Shown: positions 35,633 to 43,037 of the stretch, in pieces
Position numbering within the stretch: position 1 is the first letter of the stretch
Layout of the letters: every line of letters begins with the position of its first letter
Origin: Candidatus Tayloriibacteriota bacterium
GTDB lineage: Bacteria; Patescibacteriota; Minisyncoccia; Phycocordibacterales; JACOZD01
Assembly (NCBI GenBank): GCA_016181525.1
Contig: JACOZD010000002.1
Coordinates: 1 to 43,037 of the forward strand
Length of the DNA: 43,037 nucleotides
Reading direction: 5' to 3'
Position numbers and translations under genes: made by a program
Notes under the pieces: model-generated
Seen by the model: the letters and a program-made list of their open reading frames with translations, nothing else
What the model was told of the DNA's origin: nothing
Databases searched by the model: none

Positions 35633-38002
35633 ATGAGCGTCAAGGGGATTTTTCAGAATCTTTTGAACTGGGAGCGGATGCTTTTTGCGGTTCCTCTGGT
35701 CGCCTTAGTCGTCGTTCCTCTTTTTTTTATCCCCGCCTCGGCCCTCGACCTTTCTTACAGCAAGTTTTTGATAATCACTTTGCTCGCTTTGGTTTTGTCC
35801 GCCCTCTCCGTTGGCCGGGCCGTTCTCCTTCGAACGGTCACCTTCTCCTCGCATCCCATCTTTCTTACCGCCGCCTTTCTTCTTATTGTGGCCGCGGTCT
35901 CGGCCTCTTTCTCTGAAAGCGTTTTTGTTTCTTTCTTTGGTTCCGGGACGGAGACGGGCACGGCGATGATGATGTTTGTGTTCTTCGCCATTTTTACTGT
36001 TATTTCTTTGGCACCGTTTCAAAGGTCAGCCTTGCTTGCGTCTCTCTCCATCTTTGCTCTGGTTTTTGCTGTCATTGTTCTTTTCGTCATTCTTAAGTTT
36101 GTTTTCGGTCCGGATTTTTTATCCCTCGGGCTTTTTCGAGGAGTTTTTAGCAACCCTTTAGGAACTTGGTTCGACTTTGGCATTCTCTCGGGAGCCGCGG
36201 CCCTTCTTTCGCTGGTTTCTCTCGAACTGGGGAGATTTTCTCGAAAGGTCAAGGTTCTCCTTCATCTGCTTTTGCTTCTCTCCCTCCTCTCACTTGTTCT
36301 GGTTGATTTTTCGGTTTTTTTGAGGCCGGGAGGTAAATTAGCAATCTCGGAGCTGTGGCTGGCCTTAGCTCTTTTTGCCTTGATAGTCGGCCTTTACCGT
36401 TTTTGGTCCAGCCGGGGGGCCATGGTTAAAACCGGCATTCCATACCGTCTTCTCCTGGTTTTTGTCTTCTCCGCCATTTTGGTTTTCACGGGTCAGAGGG
36501 TGACGGGCGGGATTATGAAGGCCAGAGGCTACATTCAGCCAGTCGAGGTTAGGCCGTCCCTAACCTCTACCTTCCGGGTCGGGAAGGGGATACTGCGCCA
36601 GGATCCCCTGCTCGGGTCCGGCCCCAACACCTTTGTCTCGGCTTGGGGGAAGTGGAAGCCGGCCGCTGTCAACGAGACTATCTTTTGGGGGGTTGATTTC
36701 CGCCAGGGTAGAGGTTTTGTTCTGACCTCGGCTATGTCCATGGGTTTCTCCGGTTTGGTCGCCTGGCTTCTTCTGGCTGCCGCTTACCTCTACGCCGGCT
36801 GGACGATTCTGCGTCGTCCTTTACCTCAAGAGTTTCTGCAGTTCGCCTCCGTTTCGACTTTCCTCCTATCTTTGTTTTTCTGGCTCTTTGCCATTCTCTA
36901 TGTTCCATCTCTTTCCATCATCGCCCTAGCGGTGATTTTTTCCGGTTTCTTTTTCTCCACCTTGGTTTCCGGAGAGAGAGGCGATGTCAGGGAAATGAAG
37001 TTGGCTCTGGCCTCTCCGGCCGCGGCCGGCCTGGCCGCCGGTAAGGTCCTCCTCCTTCTGGCCGCCTTCATCGGAGCTTACTTCGGAGTGGCCCGGATGG
37101 CCGCCGAGGCCAGCTTTGCCAAGGCCGGAGCGGCTCTCTCGAACGTCGATCAAGCTCTGAAACACCTCCGGAGGGCGGCGGCATTTTCCGGCTCCGATCG
37201 TTACTTCCGTTCCTTGGCCGATGTATATCTCGCCAAGGCCGGCATTTTTTATTCCCAAAATCGCGATAAGCTCGGTCAACCGGAGGTCGAGCGAAATCTG
37301 GTCGCGCTTTTCGAAAACGCCATCGCCGCCGCTAGGAGGTCAGTCTCCGCCAATCCGGCCAATTACGAAAACTATCTGGCTTTAGGCAGGGTTTACGAGC
37401 TTTTGGTGCCTTACGGCATCGCCGGCGCTGACCGGGAGGCCCTTGCCAATTATCGGCGCGCCGAAAATCTCGCGCCCCGCAATCCGGGTGTGTATTTGGC
37501 GGCCGGACGATTCTTGGCCGCCACCGGCAACGGCCGGAGCGCCAAAGAGCAGGTGGAGAAGTCACTTAAGGAGAAAAGTAACTTTACCGAGGCGGTATTC
37601 CTGCTCTCGCAGATCGAGGTCACGGAGGGCAATGCTAAGAAGGCCATCGCCGCCGCCGAAAAAGCGGCTGACTTTTCGCCCCTGAACCCAGTTGTCCACT
37701 TCCAGCTCGGCTTTCTTAAGTATTCCGGCAGAGACCTCAAAGGCGCTGCCGAGTCGCTGGAGCGGGCGGTGGCTCTCAATCAATCTTACTCCAACGCCCG
37801 TTATTATCTGGGGTTGAGCTACGACCGCCTGGGGAGGAGAAAAGAGGCCTTAGAGCAGTTTAAACGGATAGCCGAGCTCAATCGAGACAGCGCCGAGGTC
37901 AAGCAGATTATCGATAATCTCGAAGAGGGACGGGGCGCTCTCTCCGGTCTCTCCGGTGTGGTCGAAGCGGATAAAAGACTTGAGCCCCCTTTCAGGGAGT
38001 AA
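35633..38002 (+). CDS. O-antigen ligase-like polytopic membrane protein with C-terminal TPRs
   Basis: Many TM segments, PLLGSGPNTF, TPR repeats (YSNARYYLGL). Confidence 0.85.
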   Translation: MSVKGIFQNLLNWERMLFAVPLVALVVVPLFFIPASALDLSYSKFLIITLLALVLSALSVGRAVLLRTVTFSSHPIFLTAAFLLIVAAVSASFSESVFVSFFGSGTETGTAMMMFVFFAIFTVISLAPFQRSALLASLSIFALVFAVIVLFVILKFVFGPDFLSLGLFRGVFSNPLGTWFDFGILSGAAALLSLVSLELGRFSRKVKVLLHLLLLLSLLSLVLVDFSVFLRPGGKLAISELWLALALFALIVGLYRFWSSRGAMVKTGIPYRLLLVFVFSAILVFTGQRVTGGIMKARGYIQPVEVRPSLTSTFRVGKGILRQDPLLGSGPNTFVSAWGKWKPAAVNETIFWGVDFRQGRGFVLTSAMSMGFSGLVAWLLLAAAYLYAGWTILRRPLPQEFLQFASVSTFLLSLFFWLFAILYVPSLSIIALAVIFSGFFFSTLVSGERGDVREMKLALASPAAAGLAAGKVLLLLAAFIGAYFGVARMAAEASFAKAGAALSNVDQALKHLRRAAAFSGSDRYFRSLADVYLAKAGIFYSQNRDKLGQPEVERNLVALFENAIAAARRSVSANPANYENYLALGRVYELLVPYGIAGADREALANYRRAENLAPRNPGVYLAAGRFLAATGNGRSAKEQVEKSLKEKSNFTEAVFLLSQIEVTEGNAKKAIAAAEKAADFSPLNPVVHFQLGFLKYSGRDLKGAAESLERAVALNQSYSNARYYLGLSYDRLGRRKEALEQFKRIAELNRDSAEVKQIIDNLEEGRGALSGLSGVVEADKRLEPPFRE

Positions 38003-39682
38003 ATGGTCCAGAAAATATTCGAGTTACTTAGCAGAGAGGTCAAGGGCCTGCACGAGACCGCTTATCTCATCGGCCTCTTTACCATTCTCTCCCAGCTTCT
38101 CGGTCTTATTCGAGACCGGCTCCTGGCCCACCTTTTCGGGGCGGGGCAGACCCTCGACATTTACTACGCCTCTTTTCGGGTCCCGGACCTGGTCTTCGCC
38201 TCGGTGGCCTCACTGGTTTCCTTCTCGGTCCTCATTCCCTTTTTGGTCGAGCGGCTTACGCGCGACCGCGACCGCGGCGCCGGCTTTATTGACTCGGTTT
38301 TTTCTTTCTTCTTCTTTCTCATCATCGCCGTCTGCGCCGCCCTTTACCTCTTGGCTCCTCAAATTTTGCCCTGGCTCATGCCCGGCTTCGCCGCTTCAGA
38401 CCGGCTCTCGGAGTTGATTCTCCTTACAAGGATTCTCCTCCTCTCGCCCATTCTTCTTGGTTTCTCAAATTTCCTGGCGAGCATTATCCAGGCTCATCGG
38501 CGTTTTATGACTTACGCTCTCTCACCCATTTTCTACAACACTGGCATCATCGCGGGAATTATCATTCTTTATCCCGCCCTCGGGGTGGTTGGGCTGGCTT
38601 GGGGAGTGGTGGCCGGCGCCTTGCTCCATCTCTTGATTCAGGTTCCGCCAGCCGTAAAAACCGGTTTTTTCCCGCGTTTGCGTCTGGATGTGGCCTGGAG
38701 CGACATCAAGAACGTTGTTTTTCTCTCCGTCTCGAGAACCTTCGCCCTCTCCGTCGGCCAGCTTTCGCAGTTTGTGCTCATCGCCTTCGCCTCGCTCATG
38801 GCCGCCGGCTCCATTGCCGTCTTTAACTTCTCCTGGAACATTCAGTCGGTGCCTTTGGGCATCATCGGTGTCAGCTACTCGGTGGCCCTCTTTCCCACCC
38901 TCTCGCGCCTGATTTCCGCCAATGACCGGAGGAAGTTCTTGGAGAAGATGGTGGTGACTGCCCGGCACATTGTTTTTTGGTCAGTGCCGGCTCTGGTTCT
39001 TTTTATTGTTCTGCGGGCCCAGATTGTCAGGACTGTTCTCGGCACGGGCCAGTTTGACTGGCAGGCCACTCGTCTCACCGCCGCCGCTTTGGCCATCTTC
39101 GCCGTCTCCCTCCTGGCCCAGAATCTCGTTCTTCTCTTTATCCGGGCCTTTTACGCCGCCGGCGATACCCGCGTGCCGGTGACGGTCAACACCTTCTCGG
39201 CCGCCGGCACAATCGCTATGGCCTTTCTTTTTTTAAAACTCTGGAATGGTTACCCGCTCTTTGGTTACTTTATAGAGACCTTGTTTAAGGTCGAGAGTCT
39301 CTCTGGCACCAAGGTTCTGGCTCTGGTCTTGGCGGCGAGCGTCGGGGCGGTTTTGAATGCGGTTGCGCTATGGTTCATTTTCGGCAGGCGTTTCAAGGGT
39401 TTTAGTCAGCCGGTCCTGGCTACCTTTTATCACTCATTTTCCGCTTCGGTCATCATGGGGGCCATCGTCCATGGCGGGCTCAATATTTTTGACGAAGTTT
39501 TCAATCTAAACACCCTGCCGGGGATTTTCTTCCAGGGGTTCTCGGCCGGGCTTTTTGGTCTGGCAGCCGGCGTGATTGTCCTCTTGGCCATGGGCAACCT
39601 CGAGATTCAGGAAGTTTTTGCCGCCTTCCGCCGCAAGTTCTGGCGCGTTCAGGCCATTACCCCGGAGCAGGAGACTCTTTAG
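38003..39682 (+). CDS. murJ: lipid II flippase MurJ
   Basis: SQLLGLIRDRLLAHLFGAG, ASFRVPD, RAFYAAGDTRVP. Confidence 0.93.
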   Translation: MVQKIFELLSREVKGLHETAYLIGLFTILSQLLGLIRDRLLAHLFGAGQTLDIYYASFRVPDLVFASVASLVSFSVLIPFLVERLTRDRDRGAGFIDSVFSFFFFLIIAVCAALYLLAPQILPWLMPGFAASDRLSELILLTRILLLSPILLGFSNFLASIIQAHRRFMTYALSPIFYNTGIIAGIIILYPALGVVGLAWGVVAGALLHLLIQVPPAVKTGFFPRLRLDVAWSDIKNVVFLSVSRTFALSVGQLSQFVLIAFASLMAAGSIAVFNFSWNIQSVPLGIIGVSYSVALFPTLSRLISANDRRKFLEKMVVTARHIVFWSVPALVLFIVLRAQIVRTVLGTGQFDWQATRLTAAALAIFAVSLLAQNLVLLFIRAFYAAGDTRVPVTVNTFSAAGTIAMAFLFLKLWNGYPLFGYFIETLFKVESLSGTKVLALVLAASVGAVLNAVALWFIFGRRFKGFSQPVLATFYHSFSASVIMGAIVHGGLNIFDEVFNLNTLPGIFFQGFSAGLFGLAAGVIVLLAMGNLEIQEVFAAFRRKFWRVQAITPEQETL

Positions 39683-39722
39683 TTTTTGTATTCCGGTTTT
39701 TTTGATATATTGTTGTCCTTTG

Positions 39723-41501
39723 ATGAATGATACTCAAAAGATAAGAAATTTCTGCATTATCGCCCACATCGACCACGGCAAATCAACCTTGGCCGACCGG
39801 ATGCTCGAACTCACGGGCACGGTGGAGAAGCGTAAGATGCGCGAGCAGGTTTTGGACTCCATGGAGCTGGAGCGGGAGCGGGGCATTACCATCAAGATGC
39901 AGCCTGTCAGGATGAAGTGGGGAGATTATATCCTCAACCTGATTGATACGCCTGGACACATAGATTTCGCCTATGAAGTTTCGAGAGCTCTCAGGGCCGT
40001 GGAAGGGGCAGTGCTCCTTGTGGATGCCACTCAAGGCGTCCAAGCCCAAACCTTATCGACCCTTGAGGCGGCTAAGGAAGCAGGGCTTGTTATCATTCCG
40101 GCGGTCAACAAAATTGACTCGCCTCTGGCCAAAGTCGGCGAGGTCAAGGGGGAGGTCGCCGCCCTGCTTTCGTGCCGAGAAGACGAGATTCTCGAATGCT
40201 CCGGCAGAACCGGGCAAGGTGTCAGAGAAATTCTGGATGAAGTGGTGAAGCGCGTGCCGCCGCCTCGGGCCGAGACGAGCGGAGCGTTCAGAGCGCTCGT
40301 CTTCGACTTCAGCTACTCCGAGCATCGCGGGGTGATTGTTTATGTGCGGGTCACCGACGGCGAGGTAGGCCGTCAGGACGAGCTCCTCTTCCTGGCCGCC
40401 GGCCGCTCCTTTAAGCCGGCGGATATCGGGATTTTTACTCCCGAAGAGAGAACGGCGGAGAGTTTGGGCGCGGGCGAGATCGGGTTTCTCGTAACCGGCA
40501 TCAAGGAGCCGGCTGTCGCCTCCGTGGGCGAGACGGTGGTTTTGAAGCGCAGGCCTCTGCCGGCTCTCCCGGGCTACCGGGAGCCGGAGCCCCTGGTCTG
40601 GGCCTCCGTTTATCCAGAGGACCAGAGTGAACTCAACCTTCTTCGTCAGTCGCTCCTTGAGTTGCGTCTCTCCGACTCCTCGTTCACTTTTGAGGAGGAG
40701 TCTCTGGGTATTTTGGGGAGAGGTTTTCGGTTGGGTTTTCTCGGCATGCTCCATTTGGAGATTGTGACCGAGCGCCTCCACCGGGAGTTTTCTTTGAAGC
40801 TCGTCGTTACCACTCCCTCCATAAGTTACGAGGTGTTCGGCCGCCGGGGCGAGAGGCGGATGGTTTATTCTCCGGCCCTTTTCCCTGATTATAGCGAGAT
40901 TGAGAAGGTTCGCGAGCCCTGGGTTCGGGTCACGGTCATCGCCATCCCGGAGCACCTCGGTCCCGTTCTCCGGCTTCTCCGTGACCATGAGGCCGCGGTG
41001 GGCGAGACCGAGACCTTGAGAGACCGCACCAAGATAGAGGCCGAGATGCCCCTTAGAGAACTGATGAGAGGTTTCTTCGACCGACTGAAGAGCGCGACCG
41101 AGGGCTACGGCTCGATGACCTACCGGCTTATCGGGATGAGACCGGCGGAGGTGGTCAAGCTCGAGCTTCTTGCGGCCGGGGAGGCGGTGCCGGCCTTGAG
41201 CCGGGTGGTCTCGCGGCGGAGAGTGGAGGAGGAGGCCAAAAGAGCGGTGGAGAAACTCTACTCCATTTTGCCGCGTCAGCAGTTTAGAACCAAAATCCAG
41301 GCCAGGGCTTTGGGGAGAATCATCTCTTCCCGGACCCTAAGCGCCCTGCGCAAGGACGTCACTGGCTACCTTTATGGCGGCGACGTCACCAGAAAAAAGA
41401 AATTGCTGGAGAAGCAGAAAAAAGGCAAAAAAAAGCTTTTGGAGAGAGGCAGTGTTCACATTCCCGGGGACGCCTTTATCGAGATGATGAAAGAGTTCTA
41501 G
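39723..41501 (+). CDS. lepA: elongation factor 4
   Basis: IRNFCIIAHIDHGKSTLADR, GFLGMLHLEI, KKLLEKQKKGKK; start moved to ATG 39723. Confidence 0.97.
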   Translation: MNDTQKIRNFCIIAHIDHGKSTLADRMLELTGTVEKRKMREQVLDSMELERERGITIKMQPVRMKWGDYILNLIDTPGHIDFAYEVSRALRAVEGAVLLVDATQGVQAQTLSTLEAAKEAGLVIIPAVNKIDSPLAKVGEVKGEVAALLSCREDEILECSGRTGQGVREILDEVVKRVPPPRAETSGAFRALVFDFSYSEHRGVIVYVRVTDGEVGRQDELLFLAAGRSFKPADIGIFTPEERTAESLGAGEIGFLVTGIKEPAVASVGETVVLKRRPLPALPGYREPEPLVWASVYPEDQSELNLLRQSLLELRLSDSSFTFEEESLGILGRGFRLGFLGMLHLEIVTERLHREFSLKLVVTTPSISYEVFGRRGERRMVYSPALFPDYSEIEKVREPWVRVTVIAIPEHLGPVLRLLRDHEAAVGETETLRDRTKIEAEMPLRELMRGFFDRLKSATEGYGSMTYRLIGMRPAEVVKLELLAAGEAVPALSRVVSRRRVEEEAKRAVEKLYSILPRQQFRTKIQARALGRIISSRTLSALRKDVTGYLYGGDVTRKKKLLEKQKKGKKKLLERGSVHIPGDAFIEMMKEF

Positions 41502-41608
41502 ATGAAAAAAGCGGGGGCGGAGAAGAGAATCATGCTCAAGATGACGAGCGCTCCGACCACAATCCAGAAAATAGCCACTTTCTTTTTATGCTCTCGGTTG
41601 AAAAGCAT
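41498..41608 (-). CDS. 36 aa single-TM protein (not in ORF track)
   Basis: MLFNREHKKKVAIFWIVVGALVILSMILFSAPAFFI; basic N-terminus then TM segment. Confidence 0.6.
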   Translation of the reverse strand: MLFNREHKKKVAIFWIVVGALVILSMILFSAPAFFI

Positions 41609-41634
41609 GTTGTTTGCTATATACTAAATCTCCG

Positions 41635-42024
41635 ATGAGAGAATTTCAAGCCGCGCCGCTCGGCCGAGCCAGAGCCCGGCACTATCTCTACTCTTGGCCT
41701 GTTTTCATCCTGCTCCTGGCCGCTTTGGCCCTCTCGGCCAAAGCGGCCTTAAGGGCGGCCGCGGGCCTCAAGGAGAGTGAAGAAACCAAACGCCTTTCGG
41801 CCGAGAAGTTCTCCGCTCTCGAGGTCAGGCAAAAGGCGCTGGCGGCGGCCATCGAACACTTGAGAACGAAGGAGGGCGAGGAAGATGAAATCAGGAGAAA
41901 GTTCCGCGTCCGCCGGCCGGAGGAGGGGCTTATCATCCTCATCGAGGACGAAGAGCCGCAGTCCATCCGTCCCCGGCGCAGGGGTTTTTGGCGCCGCCTG
42001 ACGGAATTTTTCAGCCGGGATTAA
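41635..42024 (+). CDS. septum formation initiator (FtsB/DivIC-like)
   Basis: TM segment, coiled coil, EDEIRRKFRVRRPEE. Confidence 0.75.
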   Translation: MREFQAAPLGRARARHYLYSWPVFILLLAALALSAKAALRAAAGLKESEETKRLSAEKFSALEVRQKALAAAIEHLRTKEGEEDEIRRKFRVRRPEEGLIILIEDEEPQSIRPRRRGFWRRLTEFFSRD

Positions 42025-42031
42025 ACATGGA

Positions 42032-42102
42032 GCGGGATTGGTTTAGTGGCAGAACATGTGCTTCCCAAGCATAGGGCGCGAGTTCGATTCTCGCATCCCG
42101 CA
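42032..42102 (+). tRNA. tRNA-Gly(CCC)
   Basis: GCGGGAT/ATCCCGC acceptor, anticodon CCC, GTTCGATTC. Confidence 0.93.
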
Positions 42103-42158
42103 CCGATAGCTGATATAATACTTCTACATTACTATCACAAGTATCGTTAAGTATCGTT

Positions 42159-42398
42159 ATGAAAAAAGTTGAGATTTACACCACCCCGACCTGCGTGTAC
42201 TGCAAAGCCGCCAAAGAATTTTTCAAGGAGCACAACATTACCTACGCCGAACACGATGTGGCCGCTGATTTTGAGAGGCGCTCGGAGATGTTCGAGCGGA
42301 GCGGCCAGATGGGCGTGCCGGTCATCTCTATTGATGGTCAAATTCTCATTGGCTACGACAAAAACGCTCTAGCCAAGGCCTTCGGGGTGTATAAATGA
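42159..42398 (+). CDS. glutaredoxin/NrdH-like protein
   Basis: CVYC active site, SGQMGVPVI. Confidence 0.93.
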   Translation: MKKVEIYTTPTCVYCKAAKEFFKEHNITYAEHDVAADFERRSEMFERSGQMGVPVISIDGQILIGYDKNALAKAFGVYK

Positions 42399-42403
42399 AG
42401 GGC

Positions 42404-42475
42404 GCCGCCGTAGTTCAACGGACAGAACAAGGGACTCCTAAGCCCTAGATACAGGTTCAATTCCTGTCGGCGGCA
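42404..42475 (+). tRNA. tRNA-Arg(CCT)
   Basis: GCCGCCG/CGGCGGC acceptor, anticodon CCT, GGTTCAATTCC. Confidence 0.9.
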
Positions 42476-42511
42476 GATTTCTGATAAAATAAGCTCTTAA
42501 ATCTTAACGGG

Positions 42512-42754
42512 ATGGACGACGAGGAGAAAAAACTTTTGTATCGGGCGGTAAAACTCTCGGAGGATAACCACCACATGCTCCGCGAGATGCTCCGCTGGGC
42601 CAGGATTCGGCGCTATCTCACTCTTTCTTACTGGTTGATTATCATTGTTCTCACCGTCGCCGCCTACTATCTGGTCGAGCCCTACATCAAAGAGCTTTAC
42701 GGCGGTCTCGCCGGCGTCATTGAACTGGTCCAGAAACTCAAACCCGGGGATTGA
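42512..42754 (+). CDS. small membrane protein
   Basis: 80 aa, one TM segment. Confidence 0.75.
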   Translation: MDDEEKKLLYRAVKLSEDNHHMLREMLRWARIRRYLTLSYWLIIIVLTVAAYYLVEPYIKELYGGLAGVIELVQKLKPGD

Positions 42755-42806
42755 AGAGCGTTGAGTGGAAGGCAAGAAAATGATAAAGTGTCGGCGCGCT
42801 TTGTAA

Positions 42807-42879
42807 GCCGAGGTAGCTCAGTCGGTAGAGCGTCCGCCTGAAGAGCGGTAGGTCGCCGGTTCGATTCCGGCCCTCGGCA
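42807..42879 (+). tRNA. tRNA-Phe(GAA)
   Basis: GCCGAGG/CCTCGGC acceptor, anticodon GAA, GGTTCGATTCC. Confidence 0.95.
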
Positions 42880-42887
42880 TCACGGAG

Positions 42888-42960
42888 AATGGGGTCAGCC
42901 ACCTTTTCTCGGCCTTATCGGAAAATGGAAAATGGGAAAATGGGGTCAGCCACCTTTTCT
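42888..42960. repeat. 22 bp direct repeat AATGGGGTCAGCCACCTTTTCT x2 (REP-like)
   Basis: Copies at 42888-42909 and 42939-42960. Confidence 0.8.
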
Positions 42961-43037
42961 TGGCCTTCCCGCAGAACGGAGTGTCTGTTCAAGTCCATAT
43001 TTTTTAATCATAGCACGCTGCCATGTATCGACACCAA
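42946..43037 (-). mobile_element. 3' end of a probable IS200-like/REP-associated tyrosine transposase (partial)
   Basis: ...GVDTWQRAMIKKYGLEQTLRSAGRPRKGG*; GRPRK tail recalled from RAYT-like Y1 transposases; stop codon lies inside the repeat. Confidence 0.55.

Noticed and set aside
39576-39722. N-terminal extension of LepA in the ORF track
   Set aside because: It overlaps murJ; conserved LepA sequence begins after ATG 39723.

Overview
This is a 43 kb bacterial window that looks like CPR/Parcubacteria (inferred from gene content and style). Its GC-rich core encodes nfo, a dcd-like gene, rnj, secG, groES/groEL, lemA, htpX, pgsA, class II ribonucleotide reductase, rnpB, murJ, lepA and four tRNAs. 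Lower-GC accessory DNA lies at about 1-9.5 kb and downstream of tRNA-Ser (26.8-31.7 kb). The standout locus is 864-5261: a lone Cas7/RAMP-like gene, then a non-coding array of six units, then a small basic ORF plus a DinG-family helicase, then a second six-unit array. The 12 units share no identical repeat, so they are not CRISPR. Each has an AATTT-like start, 8-19 pentamers of the form NN+N(G/C)Y with a pyrimidine every 5th base, a TACGG-like end motif and a strong terminal hairpin. I interpret this as a candidate RNA-guided system whose variable dinucleotides may spell a gapped target. All protein calls come from motifs read by eye; no searches were run.
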